Source of the DNA: a virus
Lineage: Duplodnaviria; Heunggongvirae; Uroviricota; Caudoviricetes
Strand: one strand, 5' to 3'
DNA: 64,000 nucleotides
Virus record (IMG/VR): IMGVR_UViG_3300031413_000001
Below the pieces are notes generated by a model. It ran no database searches. It saw only the letters and a list, made by a program, of their open reading frames with translations, and had not been told where the DNA came from. Position 1 is the stretch's first letter; every line of letters begins with the position of its first letter. Positions 1 through 9,474 of this stretch are shown here, in pieces. The position numbers and the translations under genes are program-made.

Positions 1-101
1 CCGATCTCCTCAAGTGCGTGTTCATTATTTAAGAGCGGTTTTCACTCTCGAAAAAGCACGGTTAAGCCGCTTGACAAAAGAATGTCTGGTGTTAGACAGA
101 C

Positions 102-737
102 ATGATGACCGAAGAAACAACCACCGATGTGATGCAGCACCCCATAGTCGTGAAGGCTATGGCGTTCATGATCAACGCTCACCGCAACCACGCGCTGAAG
201 CCTGATCCTGAGCTGGGTGGCCAGCGTCGCAAGTACAGCAAGGCTCACTACGAGGTTCATCCCATCCAGGTGGCCAAGATGATCGCAAAGTCGCGGGACA
301 ATGATCCGGTGACCGTCGCGGTCGCGCTGCTCCACGATGTGGTTGAGGATACGACCACGACCGGCCAGCATATCGGTGAGGCGTTCAAGGAGTTTGGCAG
401 CGAGGTTTGCGCCTCGATCATCGCCGGGGTCTATGAGTGCAGCGACGTTTCCAAGTTGGAGGATGGCAACCGGGCGTTCCGGCGCAATCTCGACAAGGAG
501 CATGCCTGGCTTGCAACGGCGGAGCGGAAGTCGGTCAAGCTCGCAGACATCAAGAGCAACTTGCCCAGCATCGTCGCTCATGATCCGGGCTTTGCTCGGA
601 AGTGGGTGCAGGAAAAGGCAGATGTGTTGCCCGGGTTGACCGAGGGTGATCCCCAGTTGTTCCAGGATGTCAAGGCGATGATCGAGAAGTTCTTCGCCCG
701 ACAGCCGGTCAAGGATCCCGCGTGGGAGTTGGTCTGA
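102..737 (+). CDS. HD-domain hydrolase, RelA/SpoT/Mesh1-like (small alarmone hydrolase)
   Basis: HPxxV...ALLHDVVEDT...VKLAD..SN motifs of the HD_4 family. Confidence 0.85.
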   Translation: MMTEETTTDVMQHPIVVKAMAFMINAHRNHALKPDPELGGQRRKYSKAHYEVHPIQVAKMIAKSRDNDPVTVAVALLHDVVEDTTTTGQHIGEAFKEFGSEVCASIIAGVYECSDVSKLEDGNRAFRRNLDKEHAWLATAERKSVKLADIKSNLPSIVAHDPGFARKWVQEKADVLPGLTEGDPQLFQDVKAMIEKFFARQPVKDPAWELV

Positions 738-1006
738 TGGCCAGTCGTCGTTACAGTGAGCAGGAAGAGAATCTCACCGAGTACCGTGGCTTCCAGGCCA
801 GCTACTCTTGCCCTTGGATGGTAATCTATCCCCGAGGCAACCGGAAGCGCCTCGATATCGCGCAGGTGCGTGACTACGAGAAGAGTGAATGGGACCTGGC
901 TTCGAGCGAGACATTCATCTACGAAGAGGATGCCCGCGAGTACATGCAGGATCTTGCCAACGAGAATGGTCTCCGCGGCGAAGGCACCAGGGCCTATCTG
1001 GACTAG
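737..1006 (+). CDS. hypothetical protein
   Basis: TGATG coupling with upstream gene. Confidence 0.75.
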   Translation: MASRRYSEQEENLTEYRGFQASYSCPWMVIYPRGNRKRLDIAQVRDYEKSEWDLASSETFIYEEDAREYMQDLANENGLRGEGTRAYLD

Positions 1007-1016
1007 GAGAGATCGA

Positions 1017-1280
1017 ATGATTAGCCTGAGCTATCCCCTGACGGGTGATGAAGAGCCCAACGAGGAACTGGAAGATGAACTCGATCGTCTGATGGGCGAC
1101 AGCGACTACGGCCGCTGCGGCGATGGCGGAGTCTCGGGAGAGGTTCGCGAAGTCGAGTACGAGGGCGATACCGGTCAGGACGATCGGGACTTCAAGGACC
1201 TGACATTCCTCCACCAGCAGATCCTGGATCTGGATCCTCGCATCAAGTGGGAAATCTACGCCGACGAGGAAGACGATTGA
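1017..1280 (+). CDS. acidic hypothetical protein
   Basis: AGGAGAGATCGA RBS before ATG 1017. Confidence 0.75.
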   Translation: MISLSYPLTGDEEPNEELEDELDRLMGDSDYGRCGDGGVSGEVREVEYEGDTGQDDRDFKDLTFLHQQILDLDPRIKWEIYADEEDD

Positions 1281-1555
1281 TGGTGATCGAGGATCTTTAC
1301 CGTAAGTTCAACGAACTGATGAACAAGCGGAACTATCCTCGGGTTGCCTACGTTGATCGCGTTCCGCCCCAGCGAGTCCTAGACAGTTGGTGTGAGGACA
1401 TGAACATGTACAAGCCATTCAAAGACGAGCAGTGGACGCTGGTTGGCGAGGACCCCAAACTCTGCCGCCAACTTTGTGTAATGGCCATGTGTATCAAGAT
1501 CGCAAAAGAGCAGGGCATGGCCGCCGCAACCCTCTACAAGCTTCAGCAAGGATAA
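1280..1555 (+). CDS. hypothetical protein, C-terminal AxxFKL-motif family
   Basis: TGATG coupling; ends AKEQGMAAATLYKLQQG. Confidence 0.75.
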   Translation: MVIEDLYRKFNELMNKRNYPRVAYVDRVPPQRVLDSWCEDMNMYKPFKDEQWTLVGEDPKLCRQLCVMAMCIKIAKEQGMAAATLYKLQQG

Positions 1556-1558
1556 GAG

Positions 1559-1780
1559 ATGGCTGGTTGGTATCTTCTGATTGCCCTCTTGGCCTTTATG
1601 TTCCTAATGGGGGTTCGTCCCAATTTTGGGCGACTGCTGGGAACCCAGAGAAAATGGTACACCCATCCCGATTACGTGATGGTCCATGGCGCGCAATACA
1701 ATGGGCTGATAACCTATTACGTGTTCTTCGTACCCGTGTGGAAACGTGGCTTCCATCATTCAACCGGATGGTATGATTAA
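1559..1780 (+). CDS. small membrane protein
   Basis: N-terminal hydrophobic helix. Confidence 0.7.
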   Translation: MAGWYLLIALLAFMFLMGVRPNFGRLLGTQRKWYTHPDYVMVHGAQYNGLITYYVFFVPVWKRGFHHSTGWYD

Positions 1781-1841
1781 ACTGGTTGACGTAGGGATCG
1801 TTGGTGCTAACTCTGGTGTATAGGCAAACACGGAGTAGAAA
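1780..1841 (+). promoter_or_regulatory. early sigma70-type promoter/leader/RBS element (representative + copy)
   Basis: AACTGGTTGAC-spacer-GGTGCTAACTCTGGT-GTATAGGCAAAC-GGAG; recurs about 40 times in the window. Confidence 0.8.
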
Positions 1842-2066
1842 ATGTTCTCGATGATCCTGATGGCAGCAGCGGCAACGATGACCCCTGGTGCAGTGGCCCG
1901 CCACAACGCTGGTGCAGCCCAGATGGACAAGCTGATCGACCAGATCGAGACGCTCTACGAGGACGCAGATGCAACCGGGAATACGGCGCGCAGCCGAGTG
2001 GTCGAGAAGAAGACCCGGAAGCCGCTAAAGATGAGCTTTGGTCCTCAGGGCCCCAACGTCCTCTAA
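1842..2066 (+). CDS. hypothetical protein, possible signal peptide
   Basis: follows promoter element and RBS. Confidence 0.7.
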   Translation: MFSMILMAAAATMTPGAVARHNAGAAQMDKLIDQIETLYEDADATGNTARSRVVEKKTRKPLKMSFGPQGPNVL

Positions 2067-2080
2067 AGGGAGAGTCCATC

Positions 2081-2314
2081 ATGAACGCACGGCCCGAAGT
2101 CGATAAACTGGAACGACTTTCCAATGAGCTAAAGGCTCTCCGTCGTGAAGGTTACGACACCACCAATGATTCCCGCTACACCGAGATCCGTCGAGCCGGC
2201 GGATTGCTGGAGCAAAAGAGTCGTGAAGTGGATCGCGCCAAGGCTCGCGTTCGCCAGCTGGTCTCGCAGGAATTCGGTGTTGATCTTCTCAAGCTCTACA
2301 GCTTGGTGCACTGA
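2081..2314 (+). CDS. hypothetical protein
   Basis: GGGAG RBS; operon context. Confidence 0.7.
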   Translation: MNARPEVDKLERLSNELKALRREGYDTTNDSRYTEIRRAGGLLEQKSREVDRAKARVRQLVSQEFGVDLLKLYSLVH

Positions 2315-2688
2315 TGCTGGATCTTTCGCCTGAGGGCATCGCCGCCGCGGAGCAGGCGCAGATCGACCGGCTGGACCCCACGCTCAAGGGCACAACGGTA
2401 GAGCAGCTTGCCCGGGCCATCGTGGGGGCCTTTGACATGACCGACTACTGTAACGCCGGGGGCAAGGAGCCGCGTCGTACCGCACGCCGTAGGGCCGTGA
2501 TCGAAACGCGAGCCAAGCTGGTCGAGGACTTGCAAGATCCAAGGTATCCGCGTATCATGATCGAAGCAATCTTCCACGAAGCAACGCGGAAGATGGTTGA
2601 GGCCAGCGCGGCCCTCAAGGAGAGAAGTGAAAATGGCCAAGCTCTTGCAATTCCCCACTCCCAAAGGGTATCACGTCGTAAGTCTTGA
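2314..2688 (+). CDS. hypothetical protein
   Basis: TGATG coupling. Confidence 0.7.
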   Translation: MLDLSPEGIAAAEQAQIDRLDPTLKGTTVEQLARAIVGAFDMTDYCNAGGKEPRRTARRRAVIETRAKLVEDLQDPRYPRIMIEAIFHEATRKMVEASAALKERSENGQALAIPHSQRVSRRKS

Positions 2689-2881
2689 CCTCTTCCTAGA
2701 GCCCGATGGCTCGGTGCTGGCAAGGGTATCGGACATGAGCCCCAATGTGATCGAAAAGATGGGTGGGGAGGTCGCAGACAAGATGCTGAAGATCGCCACG
2801 TGGACTCAGCAAGGAGCCGAGAATCTCGCCGAACAAGCAACCGCGTTGCGTATGCCCGACGAGACTCCCGGCCCCATTTAA
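2633..2881 (+). CDS. hypothetical protein
   Basis: AGGAG upstream of ATG 2633. Confidence 0.65.
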   Translation: MAKLLQFPTPKGYHVVSLDLFLEPDGSVLARVSDMSPNVIEKMGGEVADKMLKIATWTQQGAENLAEQATALRMPDETPGPI

Positions 2882-2896
2882 CACTAGATTGTGGGT

Positions 2897-4114
2897 TTAG
2901 GGTTCCAAGCCAACAACGGTCCAGCTGAACTGGTTATTAGTACGGTCAAGACCAAACCAGACAACCTTTCCATCAATGAACTCAGGATAGGTCTGATGGA
3001 AGTTCGCGTAAGTTGTTGGCGTTCCATTTAGACTGAAGCCTGTGTTGCTGTTCTGAGAACTGGCAGCACTCTGCTCACTCATGTTCTGATCCACTCGACG
3101 GATAACCTTGAACCTGTGAGGAAAGTTCACTGGATTGCTCAGGGAGTTGCGAGTCATCTTCAACACATAGTCAGTGGTCAGTGGCAACAAGTAGTGACCC
3201 GCAGTATCAATAGCGGTCACGTTGGTAAAGCCACTGGAACCTAGGCTGATAAAGCTGCCAGCCGTGTAATCAATGGAAACCCACGCGATGCTGTAATTGC
3301 TGGTCAAGTATGCCATGCGGTCACCAGGAAGGGGTACCATGTCGCCTAGACCAATATTAGCAGTTGTCACGGGTAGTTTGTTCCATGGAACTTGAACGGC
3401 ACCAGTTTGGTTGTTGATTACCACACCAGTTGCACCGCGAAGTTCGCCCACACCACTACTGAAGTAGCGATGCTGAATTAGTGTTAGATCACGTCCAGGA
3501 ATGGGCCTAGCGGTGATCTCGCAGTTGTTGATCAGGTTGGAAAACAAGATCGTGGGAGCAACGTCCCACGTCATTGTCTTGGTCGTGGTGTTGTAGGTTC
3601 CCTTGACACCCTGTGTTGTGCTGCTTGAAGAACCATTGGTACCCTGTGCAACATACATCACAAGGTTGTCTTTGAGCTCAACAATCTTAAAATTGGTTTG
3701 AGCAAACGTTGACAACGCGGCAGACGTGGTAGTGGTTCCAAAGCCAAACTGACCCATGTCAACGCGAGTGAATACTCCCTGCGGATCAACCTCAAAGACG
3801 TACCAGCTCATGTTGCCAGTGTAGACACCGGTCATCATCATAAACGTGGTCTGATTGATTCGAGCGCAGGTCATGTAATTGCTCTGCGTCAAAGGCATCA
3901 GTAGCTGCTGATTGGTTAGCGTGGCAGTGCCCTGACTGGTGATACCACCCGAGACGTCGATGACACTGGCCGCCAGCCAGTTGGGAGAAGTTTGATAGTA
4001 AAGCCAGACCATACGCGATGTGGACAGGCGAACCATTCCATGACCGGTCTTGTCGGTGTTGAATGAACCACCCTGAAAGGGCATTGCACCAATTGAGCGA
4101 ACTGTAGTTGCCAT
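2897..4114 (-). CDS. putative virion structural protein (beta-rich paralog 1)
   Basis: T/S/N/G-rich; paralogous to 4922-6202 and 6247-7914; in late-promoter operon. Confidence 0.6.
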   Translation of the reverse strand: MATTVRSIGAMPFQGGSFNTDKTGHGMVRLSTSRMVWLYYQTSPNWLAASVIDVSGGITSQGTATLTNQQLLMPLTQSNYMTCARINQTTFMMMTGVYTGNMSWYVFEVDPQGVFTRVDMGQFGFGTTTTSAALSTFAQTNFKIVELKDNLVMYVAQGTNGSSSSTTQGVKGTYNTTTKTMTWDVAPTILFSNLINNCEITARPIPGRDLTLIQHRYFSSGVGELRGATGVVINNQTGAVQVPWNKLPVTTANIGLGDMVPLPGDRMAYLTSNYSIAWVSIDYTAGSFISLGSSGFTNVTAIDTAGHYLLPLTTDYVLKMTRNSLSNPVNFPHRFKVIRRVDQNMSEQSAASSQNSNTGFSLNGTPTTYANFHQTYPEFIDGKVVWFGLDRTNNQFSWTVVGLEP

Positions 4115-4117
4115 CTT

Positions 4118-4918
4118 TTATCCTCCTTGATAGGTCATCCAATCGTTTGGAGCCGGCGCTGGCTGATCATAGGCATAATCAGCACTGACTGGTCGCGATG
4201 TGGATGGTGGAGCAACCGAGGTCGCCGTTGTTTCATCCCACCAGGTATTGTCCTCTGGTGTTGTTTGGTCTTGGGCATATTGAGCACTTGTGGGTGCCCC
4301 AATGTTCGTTGGTACCATTGTACCACTTGTCTCATCCCACCAGTTGTTGTTCTCTGGCGTAACCTGATCTTGTGCATACTGAGCATTGGTTGGTCGAGCA
4401 GAGTTGGTTCCAACGACCGTTCCCGTAGTCTCATCCCACCAGTTGTTATCAGTGGGTGTGGATTGACTTTGGGCATAGCGGGCACTTGTTGGTGCTGGAA
4501 CGCCGGGCGCGCTGCGAACAACCGCCGAAGTCTCGTCCCACCAAGCGTTATCGGCCGGCGGAGTGCTCTCATAGTTGTAATTACCAGCGACAAGTCTCTG
4601 GATATCGGTTGCCTGCTGGGTAGCACCGGTGATGCCCCACTGATTGATGTCTGCGGGTTGATCGGTTGCCACGTAGTTTCCAGTTGCAGGACGAACTCCC
4701 GTACCATTGACCACTCGGCCGGTGTTGTTCCAAGCCATGATATCAGCGGGTTGATCGGTTGCCGCATAGTTGCCGGTGTCGGGTCGAGAGGCTGGAGTAC
4801 TCTTGACAAAGAGGTTTGTTGCCATCCACCATTCCTGGGGACGAACAGGCTTCTTCATCGATCTGATCTTTAGGAGTGGGGGTTTCCACCCACTCCTAAC
4901 ACTTATCCTAACGCTCAT
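4118..4918 (-). CDS. tandem-repeat protein (~7 x 33 aa), putative virion protein; start may be 4825
   Basis: repeats of P-x-S/T-x-x-Y-A-x-D-Q-x-x-P-x-D-N-x-W-W-D-E-T. Confidence 0.7.
   Translation of the reverse strand: MSVRISVRSGWKPPLLKIRSMKKPVRPQEWWMATNLFVKSTPASRPDTGNYAATDQPADIMAWNNTGRVVNGTGVRPATGNYVATDQPADINQWGITGATQQATDIQRLVAGNYNYESTPPADNAWWDETSAVVRSAPGVPAPTSARYAQSQSTPTDNNWWDETTGTVVGTNSARPTNAQYAQDQVTPENNNWWDETSGTMVPTNIGAPTSAQYAQDQTTPEDNTWWDETTATSVAPPSTSRPVSADYAYDQPAPAPNDWMTYQGG
4140..4790 (-). repeat. coding tandem repeat, ~99-bp period
   Basis: recurring (T/C)TC(A/G)TCCCACCA at ~4232, 4331, 4430, 4532. Confidence 0.75.
4871..4898. terminator. perfect 10-bp hairpin (terminator or processing site)
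   Basis: TAGGAGTGGG-N8-CCCACTCCTA. Confidence 0.45.
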
Positions 4919-4921
4919 ATC

Positions 4922-6202
4922 TTACGATGCATTCTTCAAAATGTTCCAGGCCAGTTTGCCCGAAGCATCAAGTCCCCACCAAAACACATCGCCGTTTGGC
5001 AACATGCGGGGGCGACTGTCATTGTACCAAGTCTGGATCCAGGGAGCCGTTACTTCAAAGCCAGTTGCACTGATGGCGCTTCCTGGGCTCTGACTTGCCA
5101 TGTTGGCATCATCACGACGGGTGATCTTGATCTTGATATTGCCGCTGGTTGCGCTGGCAAAGTGGGTACGATCCCACAGCATCACATAGTTGGGGTCCAT
5201 TGGAAACGCCAATTGTGGATTGGGAGATTGCGTTGAAGTAAAGCTACCAAAGCCATCATTGGTCGAGGTACCCACTGTGTTAGTGGTGCCACCGCTCAAT
5301 CCATAGTAATAGTTCCAAGTCCAGGACGTGCGAGCCATACGAGTGTCGGACATCATAGCCATGTCCTGCGCCTGCGTGACAAGCGAGTTACCCAGCGAGT
5401 TCTCAAAACGTGGATAATTGGCTGCAATCGTGCCATCGGCATTGACTACCAGTGTTTGAAACTGCATCGCAGTACCATTCCAAGCAGCCAAGGTACTGGC
5501 AGTCTTAAACGTGATAGCCTTCTTGGTGCTGTTGGGAATCGCACGCCAGTAAACTTCCGCGGAGTTAGCAGATCCCGCGTTGTTGAAACCTCCTTGGGAG
5601 GTCAAGTTGCTGCTATTGAATGTTACAACCTTGGTCGTGGTGTTGTAGGTACAGACAGCAGAGACGCTAGTCACCGAGGAATTGTTGAACCCAGCAAAGA
5701 GAAACTGATTATCGGCCAGTGGCACCAGTGTCGCGATGTTGGTGAACTTTGCATTGGAAAGCTGCTGAGGGGTCAAGTAGCCGGTGGAGTTGGGAATAGA
5801 AGTCTGCACAACATCGTAGGCATCCAGATTGGTTGCCGTTCTGGTGAACACATTATCGGCGTTGATCTCAAATACTTCATAGGACCAGCTAACGCTGGTT
5901 ACGGCCTGAAGATCCATGATCATAAAGGCGTTGTCGTTTAGCCGTACCATCTGAAGACTCAAGCCCCTGTAGGTCTTCTGATCCTGCATACGCGAGACAG
6001 TGACTGTTGGTGTACCGCCATTGGCCCAGCCCTCTGGGGTATCAACAACCACAAAGTAACGCCAATCAGGTGCACTCTGACAGTAAGTCCAGATCATGCG
6101 AGTTGGGGTTAGCTGGACGGCTGCCGAATAGGGCTGCGCGGTCCTAAGTGTTCCACCATTGTAGGGAATGGCAGGAATGCTTCGTGTAATTACCTCAGCC
6201 AT
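4922..6202 (-). CDS. putative virion structural protein (beta-rich paralog 2)
   Basis: shares RSIxAxP..GG, L..xRMxW.Y.Q..P, RR.D.N and W.GLD blocks with paralog 1. Confidence 0.6.
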   Translation of the reverse strand: MAEVITRSIPAIPYNGGTLRTAQPYSAAVQLTPTRMIWTYCQSAPDWRYFVVVDTPEGWANGGTPTVTVSRMQDQKTYRGLSLQMVRLNDNAFMIMDLQAVTSVSWSYEVFEINADNVFTRTATNLDAYDVVQTSIPNSTGYLTPQQLSNAKFTNIATLVPLADNQFLFAGFNNSSVTSVSAVCTYNTTTKVVTFNSSNLTSQGGFNNAGSANSAEVYWRAIPNSTKKAITFKTASTLAAWNGTAMQFQTLVVNADGTIAANYPRFENSLGNSLVTQAQDMAMMSDTRMARTSWTWNYYYGLSGGTTNTVGTSTNDGFGSFTSTQSPNPQLAFPMDPNYVMLWDRTHFASATSGNIKIKITRRDDANMASQSPGSAISATGFEVTAPWIQTWYNDSRPRMLPNGDVFWWGLDASGKLAWNILKNAS

Positions 6203-6224
6203 ATTTTGCTCCTATTGCTTGACG

Positions 6225-6230
6225 TATTTA
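6225..6230 (-). promoter_or_regulatory. putative late promoter TAAATA
   Basis: T4-like late core ~23 nt before ATG 6202, with AGGAG RBS between. Confidence 0.55.
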
Positions 6231-6246
6231 TCTGCGTTGTTGGATA

Positions 6247-7914
6247 TTAGACTGGACGGAATTCCACCATGGAAACATAGATTCCGCCAATACCTCCCTG
6301 AACAGATCCATCGGTACTGTAACTCATTGACATGTTTATGCTGGTTCCCGAGACCGACACCTGTCTTTCCACAAAATCATTACTGAAAGATCCAGTACCT
6401 GATGCAACAGTCGATCCTCCCAGAGAGAGATTATAGGGATCATAGGTGTTTTCAGACTGAGCTAGGAAACGAATGATCGCAACACTCATTCCTGCGGGAA
6501 CCTTGAATGTGAAGCTGGTAGAATAGCTGACATTGTTTCCATGAGCGGGGGTGGCAAGTACGCCTGTTGATCCCAGCGCGGTATCGACGTAATCCAATAG
6601 CCTGAATCCTGAACCTGTTACTGTCATGTTTGCTGGTAGCTTGGTGGTGTCGTTGAAGAGGAAACGGGCATTCAAAACACGAGTTGGCTGTGGCAGTGGA
6701 TCAGTGGCCGGTGGGTTCACTGGTGCTACAGAAGTCGGCTCAAGCATGTTCAGACGATACGTTCCCGAAGACAATCCAGCCCACATCAAGTTGTTCTTAC
6801 TGGTTACAACAGGTCGCCTCTTGTCAAAGGGAAGTGTGAACTTGGTAGCGGCCGTGGAAGACGGCACCACCTTGCCCCACCAGTTATTAGCCGACCAAGT
6901 GCTAACTGTGTGAAAGTTCTTGTCTTCTCGACGAACAGCCTTCATGAACATTGAAGTATCAAGCTCTTGAAAGTATTCGCGTCGTAGCTGAAGATGATGA
7001 TCATTACCGAGTGGAACAATGATTGGTCGATACAACGTATTGTCATCATTGCTACCACTATAGTTCTGTGAGGCTGACCAGCTTTCGACGGTACCGTCCT
7101 TATTGTAATAGGTTTGACGCCCCCACTTGCTTACTACCATCCGATTGGGACCAAGGAACATTGGCTCACCATCAACGGTAAAGCGCGACCTGAGAGGGAC
7201 TCCGGTGTTGTCCATAAGCCAGATGCGAGTTGAGTAGGCGTAATAGTTGACCGTCACTGACCTGTTGACAATCATGGTATCGGTGGTGCCTGGAATCCTC
7301 TGCCATGAGATATCAGTGGTCAAATCTGTTTCACTGTCCACAGATTGACGAACCAGTGTTACCGATGCAGTGACTACTGGGGGACCAGCCGAAGCCGGAT
7401 TGAACTGATAGACAGCATAAGTGGACTGGTTGCTGGTGTTGTAGTAGGTTTGAATGAACCGAGTATCAGACAAGGGGATCAGAACGTGACTGGCATTGTA
7501 GCCATTATTCTTTGCGTTGGTGTTTGTCTGAACACTGGTATTCAACACGCGGGTGATGGTGGTCCCTGAAATCTCAAAGACTTCCAGCTTGATTGTTCCA
7601 GTGCTGCGCGGCTCACTTACCACAAAGCGGGTATCACTCAACCGGACAACACTGGCGCCATTTCCCTGAAAGGCTTCTCGATCCAGATAGCCAACCGTCC
7701 GAGTGATAGTTGGACTGGCAATGTTGGTGTCAAGGCCGTCGGGCATATCAACGACCAGAAAAGTCCTGGTGTAAAGGTCGGGTGAGACCCCGGTGATGTT
7801 ATAGAGGATCACCATCCTGTTGTCCGTTAGGCGAACATGGTTGGTAGATGTATAGGTTCCATTGAATGTTCCCTGGGCAACATTCAGCGCAATCTGACGC
7901 GAGACAATAGCCAT
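6247..7914 (-). CDS. putative virion/receptor-binding protein (paralog 3 with extra C-terminal domain)
   Basis: same core, then Pro-rich linker and a beta-rich C-terminal domain. Confidence 0.6.
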   Translation of the reverse strand: MAIVSRQIALNVAQGTFNGTYTSTNHVRLTDNRMVILYNITGVSPDLYTRTFLVVDMPDGLDTNIASPTITRTVGYLDREAFQGNGASVVRLSDTRFVVSEPRSTGTIKLEVFEISGTTITRVLNTSVQTNTNAKNNGYNASHVLIPLSDTRFIQTYYNTSNQSTYAVYQFNPASAGPPVVTASVTLVRQSVDSETDLTTDISWQRIPGTTDTMIVNRSVTVNYYAYSTRIWLMDNTGVPLRSRFTVDGEPMFLGPNRMVVSKWGRQTYYNKDGTVESWSASQNYSGSNDDNTLYRPIIVPLGNDHHLQLRREYFQELDTSMFMKAVRREDKNFHTVSTWSANNWWGKVVPSSTAATKFTLPFDKRRPVVTSKNNLMWAGLSSGTYRLNMLEPTSVAPVNPPATDPLPQPTRVLNARFLFNDTTKLPANMTVTGSGFRLLDYVDTALGSTGVLATPAHGNNVSYSTSFTFKVPAGMSVAIIRFLAQSENTYDPYNLSLGGSTVASGTGSFSNDFVERQVSVSGTSINMSMSYSTDGSVQGGIGGIYVSMVEFRPV

Positions 7915-7936
7915 TTAGTCCTCCGGATCTTCACCC

Positions 7937-7942
7937 TATTTA
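7937..7942 (-). promoter_or_regulatory. putative late promoter TAAATA
   Basis: CTAAATAG ~23 nt before ATG 7914, GGAGGA RBS. Confidence 0.55.
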
Positions 7943-8026
7943 GTCACATTCTTTTGGTCACCCTACAACAAACCTGGTTGACGGGTGTTATATAGAGTAT
8001 AGAAGATGCTTAGAAGGAGATCGAAG

Positions 8027-8317
8027 ATGAACGTTAAGCCAGAAGCAGGTGATGTATATTTCCTGGACGCAGAGCGCATTCTCGTTTATGGTCTCCAAGG
8101 CATTGCTCTAAAGCTGGGCCAGCGCAACTTGGAACGCCTTCGGACGATCTACCGAACACACGAGTGCGTAAAGGAAACTGATATGAGCGACCGACGCTTT
8201 ACGGTTGCTTATGATGAGAACTGGCAGAAGTTCCGCTTCGAAGTCGCAGGTGGCGAAACTGTCCGAGTGGAAGCATGGCAGTTGGTGCCCGATGTTTTGG
8301 AGAAGATGGCAGCGTGA
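8027..8317 (+). CDS. hypothetical protein
   Basis: GGTTGAC promoter and AAGGAGATCGAAG RBS. Confidence 0.75.
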   Translation: MNVKPEAGDVYFLDAERILVYGLQGIALKLGQRNLERLRTIYRTHECVKETDMSDRRFTVAYDENWQKFRFEVAGGETVRVEAWQLVPDVLEKMAA

Positions 8318-8589
8318 AAGTCAACGACCTACGTGAACAGTTCAAGGCCGCGTTTGAGGAGTACGTGGCCTATCGTGCTACCATGATGACCGCCAGGGAC
8401 CCCAATCGACCCAAGGGCAACATGCGGCAATGTTACCTCCATGCCAAGGAAATGCTGGATGGCAACATGCAGCCAACGACCAAATACAAGATGGTCCTGA
8501 TCCGCTTAGTGAGAACCGGCGACGTATATCTTCATGCAAAGAAGCATGGGATTCAAAGCGCCATGATGTTCAAGCTGAGCAGAGAATAG
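8314..8589 (+). CDS. hypothetical protein, C-terminal AxxFKL-motif family
   Basis: GTGA overlap; ends AKKHGIQSAMMFKLSRE. Confidence 0.75.
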   Translation: MKVNDLREQFKAAFEEYVAYRATMMTARDPNRPKGNMRQCYLHAKEMLDGNMQPTTKYKMVLIRLVRTGDVYLHAKKHGIQSAMMFKLSRE

Positions 8590-8642
8590 GTTGACGCCCT
8601 CCCCCGCTCCTCTTAAATAGAGTTGAAGCAGGGGAGGATCCA

Positions 8643-8798
8643 ATGGTCGTTTGCGTCTGTAACAACTTGAACACCGCAAAGATCACCAGCGCAAAAGCTG
8701 CTGGGATGAAGTCCCCTCATCAAGCGTACCAATGGCTTGGCTGCGCCGTCCGTTGCGGTTCCTGCTGCAAGGACGCTTGCAAAATCCTAAAGAATTGA
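8643..8798 (+). CDS. bfd: bacterioferritin-associated ferredoxin-like [2Fe-2S] protein (51 aa, not in ORF track)
   Basis: MVVCVCN...CGSC (CxC-x31-CxxC); GGAGG RBS. Confidence 0.8.
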   Translation: MVVCVCNNLNTAKITSAKAAGMKSPHQAYQWLGCAVRCGSCCKDACKILKN

Positions 8799-8829
8799 CA
8801 TAAAGGGTCCTCTTCGCTACTAGGGCGGG

Positions 8830-9198
8830 ATGACTGATATGAAAATGTACGCCATTGTGAGCAATGAGGCCGTGAAGGCCAGTGGGGGCAACCGCGGAAA
8901 AATGGGTGCCCAGATTGGTCACGCATTCGTCCACAGCATGATGGACTCCCTGATGCGCTTTCCCGCGGATGCTCAGGCTTATCTGGCAAGCGGCACGGTG
9001 GGCAAGGTTTGCCTAAAGGCCGACGAAGCGGATCTCCATGCCCTCTCGGTTCTCTACAAGAACAAGTGCGGGGTCTTTTTGGTCAAGGATGCAGGCCTCA
9101 CGGTCTTTCCCAGGCCAATGATCACTGCGGTTGGAATTGGCCCCATTCGTGTGAGCGATCGCGATCCTGTGTTGGCAGCTTTGAAGGTGTGGATATGA
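8830..9198 (+). CDS. pth2: peptidyl-tRNA hydrolase, Pth2 type
   Basis: GKMGAQIGHA, KVCLK, DAGLT, TAVGIGP motifs. Confidence 0.88.
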   Translation: MTDMKMYAIVSNEAVKASGGNRGKMGAQIGHAFVHSMMDSLMRFPADAQAYLASGTVGKVCLKADEADLHALSVLYKNKCGVFLVKDAGLTVFPRPMITAVGIGPIRVSDRDPVLAALKVWI

Positions 9199-9413
9199 AG
9201 ATTCCCAAAGATGGCTTGTTTGGAACGCTGAGCCAGCGTGAGATGCGATTGGTCATGCTGGGAAGCTGCCTGAACACCCTGCTTCTTGCAGTCTTGCCCC
9301 GAGGCATGACCCTGATCCTTTTGCCATTTGCCATCCTGCTCCTGGCTGTGATCACTATCAATCAGTACAATCGCGTGAAAAGCGGACAGGATCCCGAAGA
9401 TCGCTCTCGCTGA
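9195..9413 (+). CDS. small 2-TM membrane protein
   Basis: ATGA overlap; hydrophobic helices. Confidence 0.7.
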   Translation: MKIPKDGLFGTLSQREMRLVMLGSCLNTLLLAVLPRGMTLILLPFAILLLAVITINQYNRVKSGQDPEDRSR

Positions 9414-9474
9414 TGCAACTTCCTGGTTGTCTGTGTGTTCTACTATTATAACAGACAGCAAGGAGCGCGGCAAC

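Noticed and set aside
4140-4790. Periodic repeats as a CRISPR array or DGR template/variable repeat
   Set aside because: Units are in-frame, degenerate at synonymous sites and have no unique spacers; no cas or reverse transcriptase gene is present.
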